This document shows positions 1 to 8,196 of a DNA stretch of 64,000 bases, piece by piece. The DNA is from an uncultured bacterium. GTDB taxonomy: Bacteria > Bacteroidota > Rhodothermia > Balneolales > DATFMH01. Position numbers and translations under genes: made by a program. Below the pieces are notes generated by a model that had not been told where the DNA came from, made no database searches, and was given only the letters and a program-made list of their open reading frames with translations. The DNA lies in NCBI GenBank assembly GCA_963712305.1, contig CAVQHI010000002.1, forward strand, positions 1,212,836 through 1,276,835, read 5' to 3'. Position 1 is the first letter of the stretch, and each line of letters begins with the position of its first letter.

Positions 1-540
1 AATGATCATTATAATGATTATGCTGAGTTATTTTTATATGATCATGAAAAAGCGCTTTCTAGACTTTATGGTCATTACTATGATACTCTTATGAGATATG
101 GTTTAAAAATCTTGCCAGACTGCGAGATTGTCGAGGATGCGATACAGGAACTATTCTTGTATTTGTGGGAACACAAAAGATGCATAGAGAATGTAAATTC
201 TGTAGAATCATATCTTTTGCTATCGCTTCGTCATCGTATTTACAGGCAGATTAAGACACTGAAGGCGATTCATGACAGGAATAGGATATACGTAAACGAT
301 TGCATGCCGGAACACAGTGAAAATTCGGGTAATTTTGAAAAAGAGAAGGAAGCGCTTTTTAAGGAATCTATTAAGGTTTTAAGTGATCGGCAGAAACAAA
401 TAATTCAGTTGAAATTCTTTGAAGGATTATCAACGAGTGAAATTGCTTCCTTTCTGGGCATCAAGCGACAAAGTGTGTATAACTGCATTTCTACAGCATT
501 GAGCAGGCTTAATAATCATATTGCTGGTCAATTATGCTGA
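1..540 (+). CDS. ECF-type sigma-70 family RNA polymerase sigma factor (5' end off the window)
   Basis: Frame 1 is open from nt 1 (NDHYNDYAELFLYDHEKALSRLYGHYYDTL precedes the tracked Met at 91). It has a region-2-like VEDAIQELFLYLWEH and a region-4 HTH RQKQIIQLKFFEGLSTSEIASFLGIKRQSVYNCISTALSRL. Confidence 0.85.
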   Translation, partial: NDHYNDYAELFLYDHEKALSRLYGHYYDTLMRYGLKILPDCEIVEDAIQELFLYLWEHKRCIENVNSVESYLLLSLRHRIYRQIKTLKAIHDRNRIYVNDCMPEHSENSGNFEKEKEALFKESIKVLSDRQKQIIQLKFFEGLSTSEIASFLGIKRQSVYNCISTALSRLNNHIAGQLC

Positions 541-721
541 TCCAGGAAGATATTAATCAGATGAAATTTCCTAAAAGCTTAGTTCGAATTTCAAATGAAC
601 TACAGTAGATAAGTTTACCCGTTGGCTCTATGATTTGAACACAATGTTGTCAGTGGAGATACCCCTGCTGATTAGACTCATGTAGCGGAAGTCTATAAAG
701 CAGGGGATCATCCCCTCATCT

Positions 722-861
722 GAAAAACAACCAATACCAGTCGATGGAAGGGTTATTTTTCTATATGATAACATTTTGAGAAATACGATCCGCTGTCAGA
801 ATCGGGATTATTAGGTCACGTGCTATTAATAACGGCCGTAGGGAAATCAGTTATGACGTAA
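722..861 (+). pseudogene. Decayed 3' relic of a GH106-like hydrolase gene
   Basis: Frame 1 at 772-861 reads HFEKYDPLSESGLLGHVLLITAVGKSVMT*. This aligns 16/29 with the C-terminus of the ORF at 913-4965 (HFDKDDPLLESGLLGPVRLRKAVVHTITV*), with the stop at the same position. Upstream, frame 2 reads EKQPIPVDGRVIF against QGKPKPPGGRVTF in the intact gene. A 1-nt frameshift separates the two pieces, and no start codon or N-terminal part is present. Confidence 0.6.
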
Positions 862-912
862 CGAAGAGTCTGGGAGAAATAAATATCCATCTATACTGAA
901 AGGGCTTTAAAA

Positions 913-3900
913 ATGAAAAGAAGGACTTTTATTAAGATCGGCGTGGCAGGTGCGGCTACCTTACTTATGCCGATGTCATTTTTGCAGGCTTGCCAAGATA
1001 AAATGGCCAGCGCTTCATTGGATTCAGAATTTTTAAACCCTCCTCATTCTGTAAAGCCTTTTACCTGGTGGCATTGGATGAATGGAAATATTACCGCCGA
1101 TGGTATTACCCGCGACCTGGAATTTCTTCAGAAATCCGGTATCGGTGGGTTCCAGATATTTCAGGTTGGTACCGGCATTCCCAAAGGTCCGGTTGACTTT
1201 GGTGGATCGGAATGGGTACAACTGCTTCAGCATGCTGCAAAAGAGGCAGATCGTCTGGGATTGGAATATGACATGATGAATGCAGGAGGCTGGTCATCAA
1301 GCGGGGGGCCATGGATTACTCCTGAACTATCCATGCAACAACTAACATGGAGTGAAACGTACGTTAAAGGTGGAAAAACAGTCAATGTTACGTTGCCGGA
1401 GCCTTACAAAAAGCTAGATTTCTATCGTGATGCGTTTGTAGTTGCATTTCCGTCGCTGAAAGGAGAAACAAGCTCGATTAAGGACCTGTTGAAAAGTGTT
1501 ACTTCAAGCAAGGGAAAAGAGAATGCTGATTTGATTACTGATAATGACCTTTCTAAGGGAATTGAAGTTCAGGACAGTACAGATGACAAACCGGTGTATT
1601 TACAGCTCGAATTTAAGAAAGTCTATGAGGCACAGTCTGTTACTGCATATATTGAACCGATTAAAGGGCGTTTCGGACGGGGGCCTCAATCAAAGATTAC
1701 ATTACAGGCGTCAGACGACGGGGATCATTTTAGGGATATAAGTGAAATCAATCAACCAAGATGGAGACGTAATTCAATCGAAGTTCCGGGAACGGCCCGG
1801 TTTTCACCTGTAAAAGCAAAATATTTTCGTATCAATGCACCTATAGGAAGCCGGTTTCTCCAGGTCGGGTTATCAGGTGCTTCAAGAATTGTGGACTGGC
1901 CGGTTAAAGCGAATTTTACTCCTCGTGGAAAGATAACTGCCGGTGAACAATTGCTGCCAACGGATACTGTACCAGAAGGCTCAGTGGTTGATCCTGATCA
2001 GGTTATCGATATAACCAAACATATGAACGATCAGGGACAGCTAAACTGGGAGGCTCCGGAAGGTAACTGGACCATATTACGCATGGGTCATACTGCGGTT
2101 GGCATTGAAAACCATCCATCACCGGATGGAGGCGGTGGTCTCGAGTGCGATAAGTACAGCGAGAAGGCCTATGATTTTCATTTCAATAAGTTTTTTGGAA
2201 AATTACTTCCTTTCCTTGAATCACTGGGTTCTAAAGGAATGTCTGGTTCTGTTATCGATAGTTATGAAGTAGGAATGCAGACCTGGACAGCAGATTATCC
2301 AAAACAGTTCAAAAATTACAGGGGATACGACATTACGAAATATCTCCCGGCTCTGACAGGAAGAGTTGTGGGAAGCGGTGACATTTCCGACCGTTTCTTG
2401 TGGGACATACGCCGGACAGATGCCGATCTGATGGATGACAAATACTATGGCCGCTTCGCTGAATTATGCCGTAAACACAACATGAAGGCTTATTCAGAAA
2501 CATACAACAACGGGCCATTCGATGAGATCCAGGCCGGGTCGCGAATGGATGTTCCCATGGGGGAATTTTGGGCTGGTCTTGGACAAACCAACGGCGTTTA
2601 TTACAGCATTAAACTATCAAGCTCAATTGGGCACGTTTATGGAAAACCGGTTGTCGCGGCCGAATCATACACCGGCGTTCCCTGGGAAACGAAGTGGCAG
2701 CAGTATCCCTATGCGATGAAAGGAGAAGGGGACTGGATGTATACCCAGGGACTCAACAAGTTTATCTTCCACGTTTACGCCATGCAGCCGCATCCAACTG
2801 CAAAACCTGGCATGACCATGGGGCCGTGGGGCTGGATGCACAGCCGGAATAATACGTGGGCCGACCGGGAAGAGGACTGGCTGGCTTATGTTCAGCGCTG
2901 TCAGTATCTGCTACAGAAAGGTACGGTTGTAGCTGATATCGTTTATTCTGCCGGTGTAGAGATTCCCTCAGATGCACCGGTCTTGCCGGAACAACTGAAC
3001 CCGAGGCCGCCTAAAGGCTATTATTACGATGTCTCGGATGAGAAAGGAATTGTGGATCGAATGAAACCGGATAACGGGCGCATCATGCTGCCTGACGGTA
3101 TGAATTATAAGGTGATTGTACTACCGGATTCCGATAAAATTTCTCTGGAATTACTCCGGAAGGTGCGGGATTTGGTTAACGGTGGTGCGGCGGTTGTCGG
3201 GCCGAGACCGAAACGTACTCCGGGTCTCATGAATTACCAGAAGAACGATGTCGAGATTGGTAAGATAGCCAATGAATTATGGGCCGATCTGGACGGAAAA
3301 AACAAGACGATGCGCAGTTATGGCAGTGGTCATGTTTTCTGGGGCCTTTCGATGGCAGACGTGATGAAGCAGCTGAATATTCTCCCTGATTTCGAATTTA
3401 CTTCCCGTTCAGGTGATGCTCCCATCAATTATATCCATAAGACCATCGATAAGTCCGATGTGTATTTTATAGCCAATCGCCGCCGGCAAACGGAAGACCT
3501 GGTCTGTGCTTTTCGTGTGAAAGGAAAGAAACCGGAATTCTGGGATGCTGAGACTGGCAGGAGGATTCCTGTTGCTGTCTTTGAGACGAGTAATGGCCGG
3601 ACGAAAATACCGGTCAGACTTGGACCGGCAGGCTCGGTTTTTGTTGTATTTCGATCCAAAGCTACTAATAATAGTTTGCGGTCAGTCAGCAAAGATGGTA
3701 AAACTCTTCTTACAACTACAGCATATCCCCAGCCGGAAAAGGGCCGGTACAGCAATGTAAAGAATGATTTTTCAGTTAGCATGTGGGGTAAACCGGACAC
3801 CGAGATTATAATCGGAGACAATGGGGTTAGTAGTTTTACTGCTCCAACGGGGTTTGTTTTCTATCCACCTGATGGGTCAAAACTGTACGGTAAAGGTCAT

Positions 3901-4965
3901 GCTGCAGCCGGATTAATTGTAGGCCGCAATGGTGTTGCAATCTATGAACGTGGAAGCGATGGCTTTAAAAATGTATTGCCTGTTGAAGTTGCGATAGCAG
4001 GTTGGACCCACCTTACAATGGTTTATCGCAACGGGGTTCCCAGCCTCTATTTGGATGGCAAGCTGGTTAAGAAAGGTAATAAGTCCGAATATATTGTCCA
4101 TCCCGGTCTACACGAAGCTTACCAGGATGACGGTGCCAATTATTTCCATGGGGAACTGAGCAATCTGGACCTGTCTAATAATGCACTAAGTGGGTCCGAA
4201 ATTCGGGAACTGGCATCGGCAGTGCGGCCGGAACCGGAAGGACCGTCAACTCTGGAATTAACAGGCGGGAAAAAACCTGCCCTGATAATCTGGGAAAATG
4301 GCAAGTACTCAATGCAGGGAAGCAATGGCAAAGGTTCATCAATTCAGGTTACCGAGATCACAAAACCGGTGGAAGTTGAGGGCTCATGGCAGGTTTCATT
4401 TCCACCGAACCTGGGGGCACCCGATCAGATCAAACTGGATACGCTTATCTCATTGAAAGATCATCCTCAGGACGGTGTAAAATATTTCTCAGGTACTGCT
4501 ACGTACAGTAAACAGATAAGCATACCGTCAGATTCTCTCTCGGAAGGTAAACGGTTGTATCTGGATCTGGGCCATGTAGAAGTATTTGCGAAAGTCCGGC
4601 TAAACGGAAAAGACATACAAACACTCTGGAAACCACCTTTCAGATTAGATATTACGGATGTCGCAAAAGCAGGCAGCAATAATCTTGAAGTTATCGTCAC
4701 TAATTTATGGCCGAATCGCCTGATCGGAGATGAACATCTGCCCGCGGAGAATGAATATGGTACAGGCGAAGGCCCCCGATCTGAGTTTAGCGCCAGAATT
4801 AAAAAATTACCGGACTGGTATGTGCAGGGAAAACCCAAACCGCCGGGTGGCCGGGTCACCTTTGCGACATGGAAACATTTTGACAAGGACGATCCCTTGC
4901 TTGAATCCGGATTACTCGGCCCGGTTCGCCTGCGAAAAGCAGTAGTTCATACAATTACTGTATAG
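913..4965 (+). CDS. GH106-like (PF17132-type) putative alpha-L-rhamnosidase with an inserted LamG/ConA-like domain
   Basis: 1350-aa ORF with a Tat-like plus lipobox leader MKRRTFIKIGVAGAATLLMPMSFLQAC. The N-terminal FLNPPHSVKPFTWWHWMNGNIT..DLEFLQKSGIGGFQIF and the C-terminal galactose-binding-like KYFSGTATYSK..LNGKD..WKPPFRLDIT..VTNLWPNRLIGDE are motifs I associate with GH106-type enzymes. It is a paralog of 20113-23523. The extra ~220 aa (nt ~3712-4375) carries the LamG-like signature WTHLTMVYRNGVPSLYLDGKLV..FHGELSNLDLSNNALSGSEIRELA. Confidence 0.6.
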   Translation: MKRRTFIKIGVAGAATLLMPMSFLQACQDKMASASLDSEFLNPPHSVKPFTWWHWMNGNITADGITRDLEFLQKSGIGGFQIFQVGTGIPKGPVDFGGSEWVQLLQHAAKEADRLGLEYDMMNAGGWSSSGGPWITPELSMQQLTWSETYVKGGKTVNVTLPEPYKKLDFYRDAFVVAFPSLKGETSSIKDLLKSVTSSKGKENADLITDNDLSKGIEVQDSTDDKPVYLQLEFKKVYEAQSVTAYIEPIKGRFGRGPQSKITLQASDDGDHFRDISEINQPRWRRNSIEVPGTARFSPVKAKYFRINAPIGSRFLQVGLSGASRIVDWPVKANFTPRGKITAGEQLLPTDTVPEGSVVDPDQVIDITKHMNDQGQLNWEAPEGNWTILRMGHTAVGIENHPSPDGGGGLECDKYSEKAYDFHFNKFFGKLLPFLESLGSKGMSGSVIDSYEVGMQTWTADYPKQFKNYRGYDITKYLPALTGRVVGSGDISDRFLWDIRRTDADLMDDKYYGRFAELCRKHNMKAYSETYNNGPFDEIQAGSRMDVPMGEFWAGLGQTNGVYYSIKLSSSIGHVYGKPVVAAESYTGVPWETKWQQYPYAMKGEGDWMYTQGLNKFIFHVYAMQPHPTAKPGMTMGPWGWMHSRNNTWADREEDWLAYVQRCQYLLQKGTVVADIVYSAGVEIPSDAPVLPEQLNPRPPKGYYYDVSDEKGIVDRMKPDNGRIMLPDGMNYKVIVLPDSDKISLELLRKVRDLVNGGAAVVGPRPKRTPGLMNYQKNDVEIGKIANELWADLDGKNKTMRSYGSGHVFWGLSMADVMKQLNILPDFEFTSRSGDAPINYIHKTIDKSDVYFIANRRRQTEDLVCAFRVKGKKPEFWDAETGRRIPVAVFETSNGRTKIPVRLGPAGSVFVVFRSKATNNSLRSVSKDGKTLLTTTAYPQPEKGRYSNVKNDFSVSMWGKPDTEIIIGDNGVSSFTAPTGFVFYPPDGSKLYGKGHAAAGLIVGRNGVAIYERGSDGFKNVLPVEVAIAGWTHLTMVYRNGVPSLYLDGKLVKKGNKSEYIVHPGLHEAYQDDGANYFHGELSNLDLSNNALSGSEIRELASAVRPEPEGPSTLELTGGKKPALIIWENGKYSMQGSNGKGSSIQVTEITKPVEVEGSWQVSFPPNLGAPDQIKLDTLISLKDHPQDGVKYFSGTATYSKQISIPSDSLSEGKRLYLDLGHVEVFAKVRLNGKDIQTLWKPPFRLDITDVAKAGSNNLEVIVTNLWPNRLIGDEHLPAENEYGTGEGPRSEFSARIKKLPDWYVQGKPKPPGGRVTFATWKHFDKDDPLLESGLLGPVRLRKAVVHTITV

Positions 4966-4996
4966 GATACAATCACTGATTAATTAACTGGTTGAA

Positions 4997-6337
4997 ATGG
5001 TGAGAGATATCTCCTCAGGAAAACCTGATAGCGTATTCAGATACCATTGTTCTATGGTTGTAGGGGCGATATTACTGCTCATTTGCTCATTTAACACTTA
5101 TGGGCAAGGCAATGCACCGCCTGACACAATTGCAGGCATATCGGTTAATTATAATGAGTCCAAAGTCGGTTCTTACACTCTTCCAAATCCCCTGAAGTTT
5201 GATACAGGGAAACGAATAACAACAGCAAAAGAGTGGTACCAGATACGGCGTCCCCAAATTCTTGAATGGTATAAAGAAGATCAGTTTGGCCATGCGCCGG
5301 GACGTCCTTCTGACATGAGTTTCGATGTTTTTGATGAAGGGACCCCAGCTTTTGGCGGGGAAGCGATCCGAAGGCAGGTAACGGTTTATTTTTCGAAAGA
5401 TGAGAATGGTCCGAAGATGGATCTCCTGATTTATACACCCGCGAACGCCAAAAAGCCAGTCCCACTTCTTCTTACCCCGAACTTTTATCCTAATTCGAGT
5501 ATGGTTGATGATCCGGGTGTCAAGCGTGGGGAAATATGGGATCGACAGCATAAGAGAGTTGCCGCACCTAAGAGTGCAAAGTTCGGGAAAATAGATGTAC
5601 CCATGTTGCTATCTCATGGGATAGGGGTAGCCTTGGTATATTACGGGGATATAGAGCCGGATTTTCCGGGTGGCTTCAAATATGGAGTCGAAGGTTTATA
5701 TCTGAAGAAGGGACAAACAAAACCTGTTCCGGATCAATGGGGAGCCATTGGCGCCTGGGCATGGGGACTTAGCCGTGCCATGGATTATTTGGAAACGGAC
5801 AGCCGTGTAGATCAGAAACGCGTCGGGCTAATGGGCATATCCCGTTTGGGGAAAACCGTACTCTGGGCTGCCGCACGTGATCAGCGTTTTGCACTTGTAA
5901 TAGCGAGTTGCTCCGGAGAGGGCGGTGCGGCCCTTAGCAGACGGGATTATGGGGAGACCATTGCACATCTGACAGCACCGTCAAGATTCCCTTATCAATT
6001 CTGTAGCAACTACCAAAAATTTGCCCATAATGCTGATCAGCTTCCTGTTGATGGGAATATGTTGCTTTCCTTAATTGCACCACGTCCGGTACTGCTTCAA
6101 ACCGGGGATCAGGATTTGTGGTCTGATCCCAAAGGAGAGTTTTTAGCCGCCGTTGCCGCTGGTCCCGTATATAAGTTGCTTGGCAAAACGGGCTTGGGTA
6201 CCGATCAATGGCCACCTGCCGGTCAGCCGATACTGCATACAATTGGTTATTACATGCATCACGGTGGGCATGGGACGGTACCGTCTGATTGGAATATCTT
6301 TTTGAAATTCATGCAGATAAATCTTGTGAAAAATTGA
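4997..6337 (+). CDS. CE15-like glucuronoyl esterase
   Basis: It has the motif GISRLGKTVLWAAARDQRFALVIASCSGEGGAALSRR (G-x-S-R-x-GK nucleophile elbow of CE15), LIAPRPVLLQTGDQDLWSDPKGEF, and a C-terminal HHGGHG. The signal peptide begins at the internal Met at 5054 (MVVGAILLLICSFNTYGQG), which may be the true start. Confidence 0.6.
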   Translation: MVRDISSGKPDSVFRYHCSMVVGAILLLICSFNTYGQGNAPPDTIAGISVNYNESKVGSYTLPNPLKFDTGKRITTAKEWYQIRRPQILEWYKEDQFGHAPGRPSDMSFDVFDEGTPAFGGEAIRRQVTVYFSKDENGPKMDLLIYTPANAKKPVPLLLTPNFYPNSSMVDDPGVKRGEIWDRQHKRVAAPKSAKFGKIDVPMLLSHGIGVALVYYGDIEPDFPGGFKYGVEGLYLKKGQTKPVPDQWGAIGAWAWGLSRAMDYLETDSRVDQKRVGLMGISRLGKTVLWAAARDQRFALVIASCSGEGGAALSRRDYGETIAHLTAPSRFPYQFCSNYQKFAHNADQLPVDGNMLLSLIAPRPVLLQTGDQDLWSDPKGEFLAAVAAGPVYKLLGKTGLGTDQWPPAGQPILHTIGYYMHHGGHGTVPSDWNIFLKFMQINLVKN

Positions 6338-6439
6338 ACGCGAGCGTAAGTTTTACTCTAATTGAGCAGGTGTCATCCAGGGTCCTCCTCAAATTTTTTA
6401 AGAATCTGATTTATAATTTGTAACGATGGAAACAACATC

Positions 6440-8137
6440 ATGAAATCAATCAGTAGAAAAGAATTCATCAACCGAATGTCGCTATCTGCAGTTGGGGTGT
6501 TCGGTTTGTCCCAATTAGGCTATAAACCTTTTCCAGGTACTCTTCTGGATAAGGATACATATGTTCATGCTGAAACCACCCATGGAAAACTGCGCGGCAT
6601 TCGAATAGATGGAGTGAATATATATAAGGGCATCCCTTATGCCGGAAGTATATCCGGAGACAGGAGATTTCGCCGGCCGGCGCCCCTGAAACCATGGACA
6701 GGCGTACGTGACGCACTGAAATTGGGCGCTCCATCCATCCAGCCTCCCAGAAGGAACGAACCGGCCCCCGCAGAGGATTGTCTTTTCCTTAACGTCTGGA
6801 CACCGGCTAATGATAACAAGAAGAGGCCGGTGATGTTTTACAATCACGGGGGAGGTTATGTTACCGGCTCGGGCGGGGCTAGCTATCAGGATGGGGCAAA
6901 CCTGGCCAGAAAATATGACGTTGTTGTGGTTGAGACCAATCATCGGTTAGGTTTGTTGGGTTTTCTCTACCTGGATGAGATTGGCGGAATTGAATATGCC
7001 GGATCGGGTAATAACGGAATGCTGGATATAATAGACGGACTTAAATGGGTGAATGAAAATATCGCTGAATTTGGTGGAGACCCGTATAATGTCATGATTT
7101 TTGGTGAATCCGGAGGGGGTGGCAAAACAACATGCCTCTACGCAATGCCCGGTGCGGATCGCTATTTTAACAAAGCCTCTATCGAAAGTGGTCCTGGTGT
7201 ACGTATGTTAAGGGAGGAATGGGCGGTTGAAACGACTGCCATGGTTTTAAAGGAATTGAACATCTCCAAAAATAACTGGCGCAAGTTGCTTGATGTGCCT
7301 GCTGACCAATTGTTGAAAATCCAGCAGTCAAAATTTGCTCCCGTGCCTCCATATCAGGTCAGGAGAAAATCCGAAGGGGGACCAGGAAGAAAATACATTG
7401 GTTTTGGCCCTGTCGTAGATGATGTTGCTCTTTTACGCAATCCTTTTGATCCGGCTGCCCCTAAAATATCACATCGTAAACCTCTTATGACAGGCTGGAA
7501 TGAGGATGAATGGATTTTCTTTGCCATGCAAAGTCATGATACAGCCTTTGCCAAATATACTTTCGATGAATTGCCGGAAAAACTTTCGCAGAAGGCGAAA
7601 TTTGAGCGTCAGTTTAGTGCGGAAAATGCTAAAAAACTTGTAGATACTTACCGGAAAGCCAGACCAAATGCATCGGCAGCGAACATTTATGTAGCCATTA
7701 AATCAATTGCGATGATGGGATTAGGCGCTGTTGCAATAGCAGAGCGGAAGGTAGAGCAAAATGACGCTCCTGTATATCTATATAACTTCGGTTATAAATC
7801 AGATATGAAAGTTCCGGGAACAGATTATCAGGTAGGGACTCCGCATGCGATGGAAATTGTATTCAAATTCGATAACATGGTTCATGCCCAAAAAGGGATA
7901 AAACAACATATGGGCATGGCAGGCGATAACCCGAACCGTTTTATCGCAGCACAGCATATGTCTGAATTATGGACCACATTTGCCCGGACCGGTAAACCTG
8001 CAGCGAAAGGAGTGCCTGAATGGCCCGCCTATGATCTGAAAGACCGGCCGACTATGCGCATCGATACGAACTGCAGGGTCATCGACAACCGGTTCCATGA
8101 AGAGTTGGATACATGGAGATCAATTGGATGGTTATAA
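6440..8137 (+). CDS. Type-B carboxylesterase/lipase family protein (secreted)
   Basis: COesterase hallmarks are present: GIPYAG..RF, EDCLFLNVWTP, NHGGGY, NHRLGLLGF, and the nucleophile motif FGESGGG. The leader is MKSISRKEFINRMSLSAVGVFG. Confidence 0.85.
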   Translation: MKSISRKEFINRMSLSAVGVFGLSQLGYKPFPGTLLDKDTYVHAETTHGKLRGIRIDGVNIYKGIPYAGSISGDRRFRRPAPLKPWTGVRDALKLGAPSIQPPRRNEPAPAEDCLFLNVWTPANDNKKRPVMFYNHGGGYVTGSGGASYQDGANLARKYDVVVVETNHRLGLLGFLYLDEIGGIEYAGSGNNGMLDIIDGLKWVNENIAEFGGDPYNVMIFGESGGGGKTTCLYAMPGADRYFNKASIESGPGVRMLREEWAVETTAMVLKELNISKNNWRKLLDVPADQLLKIQQSKFAPVPPYQVRRKSEGGPGRKYIGFGPVVDDVALLRNPFDPAAPKISHRKPLMTGWNEDEWIFFAMQSHDTAFAKYTFDELPEKLSQKAKFERQFSAENAKKLVDTYRKARPNASAANIYVAIKSIAMMGLGAVAIAERKVEQNDAPVYLYNFGYKSDMKVPGTDYQVGTPHAMEIVFKFDNMVHAQKGIKQHMGMAGDNPNRFIAAQHMSELWTTFARTGKPAAKGVPEWPAYDLKDRPTMRIDTNCRVIDNRFHEELDTWRSIGWL

Positions 8138-8196
8138 AATTTAGCGATAACGATTAATCTCAAAAACCGATTAACGGACAAAAAGGGACACTTACA

